NCBI RefSeq assembly: GCF_000223395.1
Contig: NC_015931.1
Coordinates: forward strand, 120,001-152,000
Source of the DNA: Pyrolobus fumarii 1A
Lineage (GTDB): Archaea > Thermoproteota > Thermoprotei_A > Sulfolobales > Pyrodictiaceae
DNA: 32,000 nt
Reading direction: 5' to 3'
Part shown: positions 1 through 7,945 of the stretch, piece by piece
How positions within the stretch are numbered: the stretch's first letter is position 1
Layout: each line of letters begins with the position of its first letter
Translations under genes and position numbers: made by a program
Notes under the pieces: model-generated
Told to the model about the DNA's origin: nothing
The model's input: only the letters and a program-made list of their open reading frames with translations
Database searches by the model: none

Positions 1-211
1 CCTCCACGTAGTGTATGGAAGCTATGGCTAGAAGTGGCACTGGATCTCTCCACGCAACGACAGTATCGGGTTTAGCTTCGTACCTTACACGTCTGGCAGC
101 CTCTTCAAGCGCTAGCCTGGGATCACTTACAAGCAGTTTTACGAATAGCTCGAGATGTGCCGGTTCGGGCCTATCTGATAGGAATACCTCCTTCCAAAGG
201 TCAACGGGCAT
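1..211 (-). CDS. hypothetical protein, N-terminal fragment (continues beyond window start)
   Basis: My own minus-strand translation. ATG at 211-209 directly abuts the gcvH stop (214-212) and the frame stays open to position 1: MPVDLWKEVFLSDRPEPAHLELFVKLLVSDPRLALEEAARRVRYEAKPDTVVAWRDPVPLL... The listed + ORF 15-215 is Ser/Thr-rich and looks like antisense noise. No family recognised. Confidence 0.4.
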   Translation of the reverse strand, partial: MPVDLWKEVFLSDRPEPAHLELFVKLLVSDPRLALEEAARRVRYEAKPDTVVAWRDPVPLLAIASIHYVE

Positions 212-631
212 CTAGGAGCCCTCCTCTCTCCTCTTTATATGCTTAGCGTACTCCTCAGGACTCATTAGTTTTTCATACTCGCTCTTGTCGACGACCTTAA
301 TCTTGAACATCCAGGTTTCGTAAGGCTCCTTGTTTAGAAGTTCCGGCTCCTCGTACAGCCTCTCATTAACCTCTACAATCTCGCCAGTTAGCGGAGCGTA
401 AACCTCTGCAGCAGCCTTAACAGACTCTATAGAGGCTACAACCTCGCCACGTTTCACACTACGTCCAACATCAGGTAGCTCAACACCAACTATATCGCGC
501 AGTTTTTTCTGCGCATAGTCTGTAATACCGACGATGGCGATGTCACCCTCTAGTTTCACCCACTCGTCGGTATCCGTGTACCGCCTGTCTCTAGCAATAA
601 TATAGTCGAGCACACGAATGTACTCGGCCAC
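212..631 (-). CDS. gcvH: glycine cleavage system H protein (lipoyl carrier)
   Basis: 139 aa. Typical GcvH pattern YTDTDEWVKLEGD..IVGITDYAQ..LGDIV.VELP and the lipoyl-lysine motif ESVKAA. Confidence 0.9.
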   Translation of the reverse strand: MAEYIRVLDYIIARDRRYTDTDEWVKLEGDIAIVGITDYAQKKLRDIVGVELPDVGRSVKRGEVVASIESVKAAAEVYAPLTGEIVEVNERLYEEPELLNKEPYETWMFKIKVVDKSEYEKLMSPEEYAKHIKRREEGS

Positions 632-699
632 GCATATCCACCGGCTACTTTACCGGCGAGATATGTGGTAAAAGCGACTATTCTCAATGACACCCTCCT

Positions 700-1446
700 T
701 TAACGCCGCCTGGGTGTTGGAAGAGCAAGTATTGAGCCCGTTAACGCCAGCTGCATTAGATTTAGCAATGTGTAACCCCACGATGCTAGGGGTAGCTCCG
801 TGCTAGTATCTATGTACACACAGTACTTACTCCATGAGCATTGCGAGCTGTATTCGTGGCTAAATAGTAGACGGTAGGGTTGCATGGTATACGCGGCCAC
901 GAAACCAGCTATTGCGAGTAGTGTAAAACCTAAAGCAGCTGTTACTAGCCAATGGCGTCCACCGAGCCTGGAGAGAAGGTAGGTCTCAACGTATAACGTT
1001 GCCACTAGGAAGCCCGCTAGTAGCGAGGTTGGTACAACAGCTGCTAGTAACGGCTCTACGCCAGAAAGTAGCGCAACCACCCCAGTGTAAAAGACAAGAA
1101 TAGAGGATAATCCTAGGGCTCCGCATTCAAACCGGTTCATCGCGATGAAGGAAAGTATTGAAGCCGCAAACGCTACAAGCGCCAAGTGTACAACGCCAAG
1201 CATTACCAGTGCCAACCCCGTTAGCACGCCGTACCCGACAGCGAGCACAACCACCGGGAATGGCACAGTCTCTATCACTCTACATCTAGCTATGATGGCT
1301 GCATGCAACCCTAGCCATAGACCCCACAGCAGCCAAAAGCCGCCTTCAAAACAGAATAGCGATGGACAGAAATACGCTATGATACTAGCATAACCCTCTA
1401 GTGCGAGTACAAGAGAGGCTAGCAGTATCAACCTCAGTCGATGCAC
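700..1446 (-). CDS. polytopic membrane protein, function unknown
   Basis: 248 aa with several long hydrophobic segments and Cys pairs near both ends (CPSLFC, CSWSKYC). No family recognised. Confidence 0.5.
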   Translation of the reverse strand: MHRLRLILLASLVLALEGYASIIAYFCPSLFCFEGGFWLLWGLWLGLHAAIIARCRVIETVPFPVVVLAVGYGVLTGLALVMLGVVHLALVAFAASILSFIAMNRFECGALGLSSILVFYTGVVALLSGVEPLLAAVVPTSLLAGFLVATLYVETYLLSRLGGRHWLVTAALGFTLLAIAGFVAAYTMQPYRLLFSHEYSSQCSWSKYCVYIDTSTELPLASWGYTLLNLMQLALTGSILALPTPRRR

Positions 1447-1515
1447 GGCTATCCATCTCGCGTAGCGGCCCGAGGGGCCTTAAACCATCAGCCCCGATTA
1501 ACTTTGGACAAGGGT

Positions 1516-2193
1516 ATGGCTCTGAACGTGGAGGAGAAACAGAAAGAGTACGAGAAGCTAGTGAAAGAGATAGTTTCGTGCACAAAATGCCCCCTTTACA
1601 AGACGCGTAAAAACCCCGTTGTGGGCGAGGGGCCTCTCGACACTAAGATAATGTTTGTTGGCGAAGCTCCAGGCCGACAAGAGGATGAGACGGGTAGGCC
1701 CTTTGTAGGAGCAGCTGGCAAGCTACTAACAACGCTAATAGAAGATGCGCTCGGCATTAAACGATCCGAAGTCTACATCACTAACATTCTCAAATGTAGA
1801 CCTCCGGGTAACCGCGACCCACGCGAAGATGAAATTAGAGCGTGCACCCCGTATCTCTGGAGACAAATACGACTAATAGAACCGAGAGTGATAGTAGCGC
1901 TCGGCAGGTTTGCGGGACGTACGCTGTTCGAGAAAGCCGGGCTCGTCTGGCGCAGCATGAAGGCACATAGAGGACGTACCTACAAGGCAGTGATAGAGGG
2001 CGTCGAGGTTGTCATAATACCAACTTATCATCCCGCAGCCGCGTTATACAATCCCACATTGCGTACCCAGCTTGAAAGCGACTTTAGAAACGTGATAAGA
2101 CCAGTTGTTGATAAGGTGCTAGGCCGGGCACGCGAAACAGAGAAGCGCGAAACTAAACAAAGAACTCTATTCGATTTTCTTAAGCATGGATAA
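1516..2193 (+). CDS. udg: uracil-DNA glycosylase, family 4 (thermostable Fe-S type)
   Basis: Motifs C.KCPLY...NPV.GEG....IMFVGEAPG..ED..G.PFVG.AG.LL and ...NILKCRPP.NR.P. The likely start is the ATG at 1516 (MALNVEEKQ...), not the track start at 1441. Confidence 0.9.
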   Translation: MALNVEEKQKEYEKLVKEIVSCTKCPLYKTRKNPVVGEGPLDTKIMFVGEAPGRQEDETGRPFVGAAGKLLTTLIEDALGIKRSEVYITNILKCRPPGNRDPREDEIRACTPYLWRQIRLIEPRVIVALGRFAGRTLFEKAGLVWRSMKAHRGRTYKAVIEGVEVVIIPTYHPAAALYNPTLRTQLESDFRNVIRPVVDKVLGRARETEKRETKQRTLFDFLKHG

Positions 2194-3930
2194 TGCCGCT
2201 ATGACACTACCCGAGCCTACTATCATCGCTATGACTATGACAGCAACTAACCTATCATCTAGGGGTGAGTAGGCTCCAGGCTGCTGCTGTACGTGCGCCG
2301 AGACAACTTTCATCACGAGGGGTAGTAGCGAGTATGTCGCGGCTTGAGACGCCATTATTGCCCTCGTGATGTTTGTCGGCGCGCTGGTAGCGTACTCCAC
2401 AAGCATGCTGGTCATGAATGATTTTAGCCCCGCGATGCTCTCGTGTAACATTGTTTGTTTTAAACCGCATATCGCCTCGTGGACAGGATCGGCTCCTGCT
2501 ACAATGTCGTATTGCGTAATGGTTTGTGCCACTAGTGCTAATGCGTTAAGGGCCAATGCCGCTGCCCGTATATCATCGCCTTGTATGTAAGCCGCGTTCA
2601 TATCCCTGCGCAGCTCGTCCAGTCCGAGCTTCTCCGGGTTCTCTATCTTTACTTGTGCACCTTTTACAAGACTCTCGAGGTACTTTACGCTTAGATCCGC
2701 GTACGTCACAAGCAGTCTTACACTACGTTTGAACACATCCTGGTCTATTAGGGGGCCTGTTAACCTAGTCGAGGCGTCAAGCCAGTGTTTAGCCGTCAAT
2801 AGTCGAAGTGCACCTAGTGCTTTGTCACGCGGATTACTACTCATTAGGAGTTTTGATGCGGCGTAAAACCTGTAATCTGCAGCTAACAGTGCTTCGAGCC
2901 TCCAAAGAGGCACCTTTTTCTCAACTGCTATACTGTTCTTGGTTTCGAGCAGTTTCTCGGCGAATGCCGTACGGTTGACTTTAGATAGAATAAGCTTAGT
3001 GAAGTTGTCTAAGCTTCCGGAAGGCAGCACTTCCAGAAGCATAACTAGAGTAGAGTAGGCTATGCTAGCTGCGGCATAATACTTCCCCTCGTTGTACAAC
3101 GTATTGGCGACACTAGCGCCATCCGTGATAATAGCTTTGTGCTCTCCCAGCTCATCACCAAACAAGCGTATAGTTTCGTTCAGCAGCTCCAATAACTCAA
3201 AGGCAGACTCTTTGAAGACGCTTGAGCGCAACGTGATATTGGCTGAGTTTATGTTAGGGGATGATAGCACTAGTTCGAGTGCATGTGCAACACTACATAC
3301 TGGGACTATACCAACCTTTGTAGAATTTACACGCAGTCTGGATAAGCTAGCTACAGGTGCGACTATCTCACTAATCCCTAGTTTTGACGCAGCTTCAACC
3401 TTGGCTTCCACGCCGCCAACAGCTGCCACCATCCCATTTGGCTGCAGGAGCCCCGTCAGCGCGACATGCGATGTATTGATGTACACTCCTTTTATGAGAG
3501 AGTAGTAAGTTACTGCAAATGCGAGGCCGCCGCTTGCACCGCTAACCTCCTCTCGCCCGATTATCTCGAAACCACCGTTGATGGTTAGCGGGTCTACATC
3601 TGCAAGTAGGGATGCATAGAATAGTGCCAGCCTAGCAGAGAGTACGGTATCTTCGCTGACACCATAGGCCGGCTTAGCTATGAACAGATCAGAGCCAGGT
3701 ATTTCAACCCATATTCTAGCATCTATTACTTTGCCGCGCCCGGTAGCATCAACTGCTAGGAGATGTACTATCACCTCGCGCTGAATCGTGAACCCGAGAG
3801 CCGCCACCGGCCCCAATGTCAAAAGCAGCAGTAGGAGTGGCGCGAGTAGGGTTCTTCTCACCGCGGCCACCCTCCCTAGCATAGGGTCATACATGAATAT
3901 CGAAGAGCTTAAGAGAATGCTTGAACGCAA
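2167..3930 (-). CDS. membrane-anchored serine protease with a Lon-protease-C-terminal-like (S16-type) domain plus a long helical domain
   Basis: N-terminal signal/TM segment (LLAPLLLLLLTLGPVAALG). Lon-like Ser-Lys dyad context: VSGASGGLAFAVTYY ... ALTGLLQPNGMVAAVGGVEAKVEAASKLGISEIVAP. Then about 350 aa of Ala/Leu-rich helical sequence and a C-terminal TM segment. The real start is probably an internal Met (about 3882-3894), because the track start overlaps the divergent neighbour. Confidence 0.6.
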   Translation of the reverse strand: MRSSILLSSSIFMYDPMLGRVAAVRRTLLAPLLLLLLTLGPVAALGFTIQREVIVHLLAVDATGRGKVIDARIWVEIPGSDLFIAKPAYGVSEDTVLSARLALFYASLLADVDPLTINGGFEIIGREEVSGASGGLAFAVTYYSLIKGVYINTSHVALTGLLQPNGMVAAVGGVEAKVEAASKLGISEIVAPVASLSRLRVNSTKVGIVPVCSVAHALELVLSSPNINSANITLRSSVFKESAFELLELLNETIRLFGDELGEHKAIITDGASVANTLYNEGKYYAAASIAYSTLVMLLEVLPSGSLDNFTKLILSKVNRTAFAEKLLETKNSIAVEKKVPLWRLEALLAADYRFYAASKLLMSSNPRDKALGALRLLTAKHWLDASTRLTGPLIDQDVFKRSVRLLVTYADLSVKYLESLVKGAQVKIENPEKLGLDELRRDMNAAYIQGDDIRAAALALNALALVAQTITQYDIVAGADPVHEAICGLKQTMLHESIAGLKSFMTSMLVEYATSAPTNITRAIMASQAATYSLLPLVMKVVSAHVQQQPGAYSPLDDRLVAVIVIAMIVGSGSVIAALSMLKKIE

Positions 3931-4327
3931 GATAGCGTTCCTTGAGAAGAAGCTCGAATTCTACCGCATGCTGCTAGAGGCGCTTGAAGCTTGTAGCGAG
4001 GGAGGAGCGTCGCTTATAGAAGAGATTCGTGACGAGGAGGGTCGCCTTGTAGGACGGGTATATAGGTCTGGCAATACACTGAAACTTATACTAGAGAAGC
4101 CAGTGCATATCTCCAATCCTTATGTGAGACATCTTGCAAGGCGCATTGAAAGGCTCAGAGAAGAAGGTATCGAACTTGAGCTTAGCCTCGAGAAGAATGA
4201 GCAAGGTATGGTTACAAGCATAGTTGTTAGAGGCCCCTTGGAATCAGATGAGATACTAGAGACTTTACAACGCTTGTTTAGATTTGTCGCTTTGCGCGTC
4301 TCGAGGGGCAACACCGCTAACGCTTAA
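3893..4327 (+). CDS. hypothetical protein with N-terminal coiled coil
   Basis: ATG at 3893 (MNIEELKRMLERKIAFLEKKLEFYRMLLEALE...). The upstream part of track ORF 3788-4327 is antisense to the protease gene. No family recognised. Confidence 0.45.
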   Translation: MNIEELKRMLERKIAFLEKKLEFYRMLLEALEACSEGGASLIEEIRDEEGRLVGRVYRSGNTLKLILEKPVHISNPYVRHLARRIERLREEGIELELSLEKNEQGMVTSIVVRGPLESDEILETLQRLFRFVALRVSRGNTANA

Positions 4328-5183
4328 CTCGTGTATCTACAACAACTTGGTACTCACGCGGACCTACGCTCCTAACAACTCGTGCATTCTCGACAACATA
4401 GCTTGCTGCAAGCTCCACTAACCGCGCCCTGACCATTTTGGTAGCAAGTGCAATAGCATCACGCGCTGTGCGCGCCGCCACGTGTAGATACACATGTATC
4501 CAGCCTTCGCGGTCTAGAGCTGCTACAGCTGCTGGTAGATGCTCTAATGCCTTCTCGGGTAGTGGCATGAGTACACGATCCGCACTGGATTTCAAGAGCT
4601 TCATCACGGTGGTATAAGCATCCCCTAGTATCGGCATGACCTTATCCTCTACATGGTTTAAACGCGTATTTATCACCATATAACTGTATGCATATGGGTT
4701 GATATCTATGCTATAGGCTACCTCTATGTCATGCATACACGCCGATAGTATTGAGAAGAATCCTGCACCTGCATACATGTTAAGTATCCTTTCACCATCT
4801 TTAACCATACTTGCAATTCTTTTATGCTCGTAGCTTAAACGTAGCGATATATACACCTTCGTTATATCAAGTTTGTAGGCGCAGCCGTGCTCTCTGTATA
4901 TCGTCTCAGTTTTCTTCTCGCCCGCGAGATGCACGAGATCACGTAGCCTGTATTGACCTTCTACCGGGCTTGTAGCAACCCATACACTCTTGATGTAAGG
5001 TATTTTCTCTACTAGTGCATTCGCCAGTGGTTTGAGCTTCTCGAGCGGGAAGTCGAATGGCTTCTTTATAACCGCTATATCCCCGATTATGTCTATGCGC
5101 TTCCATATGCGGCTTGCATCACCCGCCCCAAGTATCTCTTCAGCGAGCTTTCGTAGCAGGGGCTTCTCATTCCCCGCCGCCAC
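4317..5183 (-). CDS. trm5: tRNA (guanine37-N1)-methyltransferase, Trm5/Taw22 family (Met-10+ like)
   Basis: 288 aa. W.RIDIIGDIAVIK..., EHGC.YKLD..KVYFS.RL..E..RI and the SAM motif ILNMYAGAGFFSI are characteristic of archaeal Trm5 (COG2520). Which Trm5a/b/c subtype it is cannot be decided here. Confidence 0.8.
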   Translation of the reverse strand: MAAGNEKPLLRKLAEEILGAGDASRIWKRIDIIGDIAVIKKPFDFPLEKLKPLANALVEKIPYIKSVWVATSPVEGQYRLRDLVHLAGEKKTETIYREHGCAYKLDITKVYISLRLSYEHKRIASMVKDGERILNMYAGAGFFSILSACMHDIEVAYSIDINPYAYSYMVINTRLNHVEDKVMPILGDAYTTVMKLLKSSADRVLMPLPEKALEHLPAAVAALDREGWIHVYLHVAARTARDAIALATKMVRARLVELAASYVVENARVVRSVGPREYQVVVDTRVKR

Positions 5184-6247
5184 TCTAGCACACCTAGGGC
5201 ATCATAGTCTCTGAGAGCGATAGACCCGCCGGTTACAAACCCGGCCAAGTGTATCACTGTCTTTGTTAGGAGTCTATGGGCATAGGCTAGCCTCGCCACT
5301 GTGTATAGTTTGCTAAGCACTCTAGCAACGCCCCTGTATACATTTGTGTAGATTGAGGGGTTGTTCTTGTTCAATGCCGCGGCTAGGCTTGGCGCAAGCC
5401 TTGATATCGCGTAGAGCCCTCCGCCGCTCGTAGCCTTTACAGTTCCTACTGCATCGCCAATCGCGCAAACCATACCCTCGTCGTAGGCTATGCAAGGCCG
5501 AGGCGCAGGCCTAGTGAACGGAATCAACCCTCTTCTATCTTCTACGTATACCGCGCCAAGCATTCTCCGAAGCTGGTCTGTAAGCTTCGCGCTCATCCTA
5601 TGGGAGCAAGCTGCGACACCGAGTAGCGCATAACGCCCGCCATGCAATGGTACTATCCAGCCATATTTTGCACACCCACCTAGTATGAACGCGATCGGCC
5701 TTGAATCATCCGACAAGCGTCTAGGCAGTCTAATCAGATACTGGAGGCCGTAAAGCTTCGCCCCTCGCGCTATCAATCCTATCTTAGCTGCAAGCCTCTG
5801 GGCAACACCCTCCGCCACCACAACATGCCGAGCTCTTATGCGTCTGCCCTTTGAGGTCTTCACCAGGATACCATTCTCCGTTATCTCTATGCTATCCGCC
5901 CGCACACCTAACAATAGTTTGACACCCTTCGAGGCAGCTATAGACGCTAGAATGTCCTCAAGGAGGGGCCTCGATAGTCTCACCAGCCGTGTATCGATAT
6001 ACACGCTTTGAGCGTTAGGCGCGACTACAATCAACCCATCATAGTATTCTGCTATCGCTTCACGTGGGAACAACCTAGACGTTTCAAGACTCACGATGCC
6101 GGTACAGTGAGGTGGCCTACCTACACGCTTCCTAGCCTCTAATAACACTACGTCCATATCCAAGTGAATACTTGTGAGTAGCCCTGCTGGCCCCGCGCCT
6201 ATTATCACTACCTCACTCATCTCGTACATGCCATGTACACCTGCCAC
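5093..6247 (-). CDS. FAD-dependent oxidoreductase, geranylgeranyl reductase family
   Basis: Dinucleotide fold VVIIGAGPAGLL..., later GDAVG motif (IGDAVGTVKATSGGGLY). Length and layout are typical of archaeal GGR-like proteins. The likely start is Met10 (about 6220). The 3' end overlaps trm5 by about 90 nt. Confidence 0.75.
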   Translation of the reverse strand: MAGVHGMYEMSEVVIIGAGPAGLLTSIHLDMDVVLLEARKRVGRPPHCTGIVSLETSRLFPREAIAEYYDGLIVVAPNAQSVYIDTRLVRLSRPLLEDILASIAASKGVKLLLGVRADSIEITENGILVKTSKGRRIRARHVVVAEGVAQRLAAKIGLIARGAKLYGLQYLIRLPRRLSDDSRPIAFILGGCAKYGWIVPLHGGRYALLGVAACSHRMSAKLTDQLRRMLGAVYVEDRRGLIPFTRPAPRPCIAYDEGMVCAIGDAVGTVKATSGGGLYAISRLAPSLAAALNKNNPSIYTNVYRGVARVLSKLYTVARLAYAHRLLTKTVIHLAGFVTGGSIALRDYDALGVLEWRRGMRSPCYESSLKRYLGRVMQAAYGSA

Positions 6248-6262
6248 GTTACTAATAACTAA

Positions 6263-7726
6263 TTGCTGACTGTTGCACTAGCGAATGGGGTCTTAGAGGC
6301 TGTCATGGTACATCAAGAGTGGAAGCCCGTAACCCCCAGCAAACCCCCATATCTCATACTCGTTAGAGCCGGTAAGGATCGTGATGCTACACGCGCCGCT
6401 GTAAATAGATTCTATGACGGGTGGGGCATTGTAGTTGAGAGTCTTGGCGGTACTCGCGATCCTGAAGAGGCATATGAGAGGGCAAGAAGCATACTTAGAG
6501 AGGATCAGGCACACTTCGTAATGTACATTGGTGGTCGTGAGGATGCAGAACTTGTAGAGAAGCTAGACGCTAGTATAGTTGATGAGAGGTTCGCGGCGAT
6601 AAGCATTGGTAAGAAGCGCGTTAGAAATGCCAGGCTTGAAGAGATATTCTGGGGTATTGAGCGGGCCCGTGCAAAGTTACGACTACGTGTCGGCCTAGAT
6701 GGCGACAAAATACTTGTCCATCGAGTGCCTCGCGACAAACTGCTTAGTGATCTTGTGGTTGACCAGCCATTCGCCGACGTGTTTATAGGCGGACGCGGGT
6801 GGGTCAAGTGGCTCTCAAAGCTAGGTGCGTGTTTACCGGACACGGAGCTTGTTATACTCGAGCGTCTTGCTGGTGGAAGACACCTAGTCTATGACGGGCT
6901 AACCCCTTGTTGCGAGCTTCACATGCCGGATGAGGGCATTCCTAGCGTGACTAACGTTAATTGCGAGAATAGGAGAGAATATGGGCTTCAATACAACTCG
7001 CTGCTCAACACTAACAATTACACAGTCACTGAGAGCTTTGAGCGTATATCACTGTCTTTGCTAAGAGATGCACTGGCACGTGCCGAAGAGGTTCTGGGTT
7101 ACGTGGATGCTATCGTTGTACCATGGAGTGGTGGAAAAGATTCCACAATGGCCCTCTATCTCGCGGTCAAAGCTTATGGTGCATCCCGCGTAGTCGCAAT
7201 TTACGTTGATACTGGCGTGGATTTCCCACAGAACATAGATTATATCAATGATCTCGCCTCTAGGCTTGGCATCGAGGTTGTAAAGGCACGTGCACCTGTA
7301 CGTGAATTCATACCGCTGAAGGGCATGCCGCGCCATGATTATCGTTGGTGTACTGGTTTGAAGCTTGAGACTCTGGAGAGCGTGCTGAGACGCTTGGGCG
7401 AGAAGCTGGTAGTCGTCACGGGCGATAGGGATGCGGAGTCCGAGCCACGTAGCCGCAGACCACTGATGCGTGTAGAGGAGAGTGAACATGTGAAACGTCT
7501 AATAGTCACTCCACTTAAGCAGTGGTCGACTATACTGCTACAGTTATATGCCAAGGTGCGCGGTTTAGAGCTAAACCCGCTATATGAGCTTGGATTTTAC
7601 AGGCTAGGTTGCTACATATGCCCCGCGCTACGCTCGTGGGAGAAACTCATACTTGCACGTGAGCCTCTGGTTGCAGCCAGGCTCGTTGGACTGCCCTATT
7701 ATAGGAGGGGCCTCAGACAAGGCTGA
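6263..7726 (+). CDS. PP-loop ATP pyrophosphatase of the PAPS-reductase/DndC-like family with an uncharacterised ~270-aa N-terminal domain
   Basis: The C-terminal half has VVPWSGGKDST (PP-loop), RWCTG and a C-terminal RLGCYICP motif, resembling CysD/DndC-type proteins. I do not recognise the N-terminal half. Confidence 0.7.
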   Translation: MLTVALANGVLEAVMVHQEWKPVTPSKPPYLILVRAGKDRDATRAAVNRFYDGWGIVVESLGGTRDPEEAYERARSILREDQAHFVMYIGGREDAELVEKLDASIVDERFAAISIGKKRVRNARLEEIFWGIERARAKLRLRVGLDGDKILVHRVPRDKLLSDLVVDQPFADVFIGGRGWVKWLSKLGACLPDTELVILERLAGGRHLVYDGLTPCCELHMPDEGIPSVTNVNCENRREYGLQYNSLLNTNNYTVTESFERISLSLLRDALARAEEVLGYVDAIVVPWSGGKDSTMALYLAVKAYGASRVVAIYVDTGVDFPQNIDYINDLASRLGIEVVKARAPVREFIPLKGMPRHDYRWCTGLKLETLESVLRRLGEKLVVVTGDRDAESEPRSRRPLMRVEESEHVKRLIVTPLKQWSTILLQLYAKVRGLELNPLYELGFYRLGCYICPALRSWEKLILAREPLVAARLVGLPYYRRGLRQG

Positions 7727-7768
7727 ACACGTCATCCTGACGTCGGTGACGCCTGGGCTCATCACTGG
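7711..7768 (-). ncRNA. candidate C/D box sRNA immediately downstream of tRNA-Cys
   Basis: Minus strand reads CCA-GUGAUGA(C)-GCCCAGGCGUCA(12 nt)-CCGA(D'-like)-CGUC-AGGAUGA(C'-like)-CGUGUUCAGCCUUGU(15 nt)-CUGA(D)-GG. It lies 22 nt 3' of the tRNA CCA. The C and D boxes are canonical. D' and C' each carry one mismatch, and the second spacer is 15 nt rather than 12 nt. Confidence 0.35.
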
Positions 7769-7787
7769 TGTTAGTTTTAGAGGAGAA

Positions 7788-7896
7788 TGGAGCCGGGGCC
7801 GGGATTCGAACCCGGGATTAACGGGGTTTCGACGGGCGGACACCAACGGTAGCCGCCACTGCAGCCCCGCCCCTTCGACCGCTCGGGCACCCCGGC
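7788..7896 (-). tRNA. tRNA-Cys (anticodon GCA) with a ~31-nt intron after position 37; CCA encoded
   Basis: Reverse complement: GCCGGGG-UG-CCCG...GGG-G-CGGGG-CU GCA G-[intron about 7858-7828 containing helix GGCGG/CCGCC]-A-CCCCG-...-CCGGG-UUCGAAU-CCCGG-CCCCGGC-U-CCA. The GCCGGGG/CCCCGGC acceptor stem, U73 discriminator and GCA anticodon fit archaeal tRNA-Cys. The variable region comes out 6 nt in my fold and I could not draw a clean bulge-helix-bulge, so the intron borders are approximate. Confidence 0.8.
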
Positions 7897-7945
7897 ACAG
7901 AACCCATCTTCCTAGGCTAGCCTCTGGGGTGTTATCTATTCTCCC

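Noticed and set aside
15-215. Track ORF 15-215(+)
   Set aside because: It is Ser/Thr/Ala-rich. The opposite strand carries an ORF that starts immediately after the gcvH stop and stays open to the window edge, which is the more plausible gene.
212-631. Orphan gcvH without gcvT/gcvP in the window as evidence for a non-canonical lipoyl-carrier system
   Set aside because: The downstream gene runs off the window and the other gcv genes may simply lie outside it. There is no basis for a claim.
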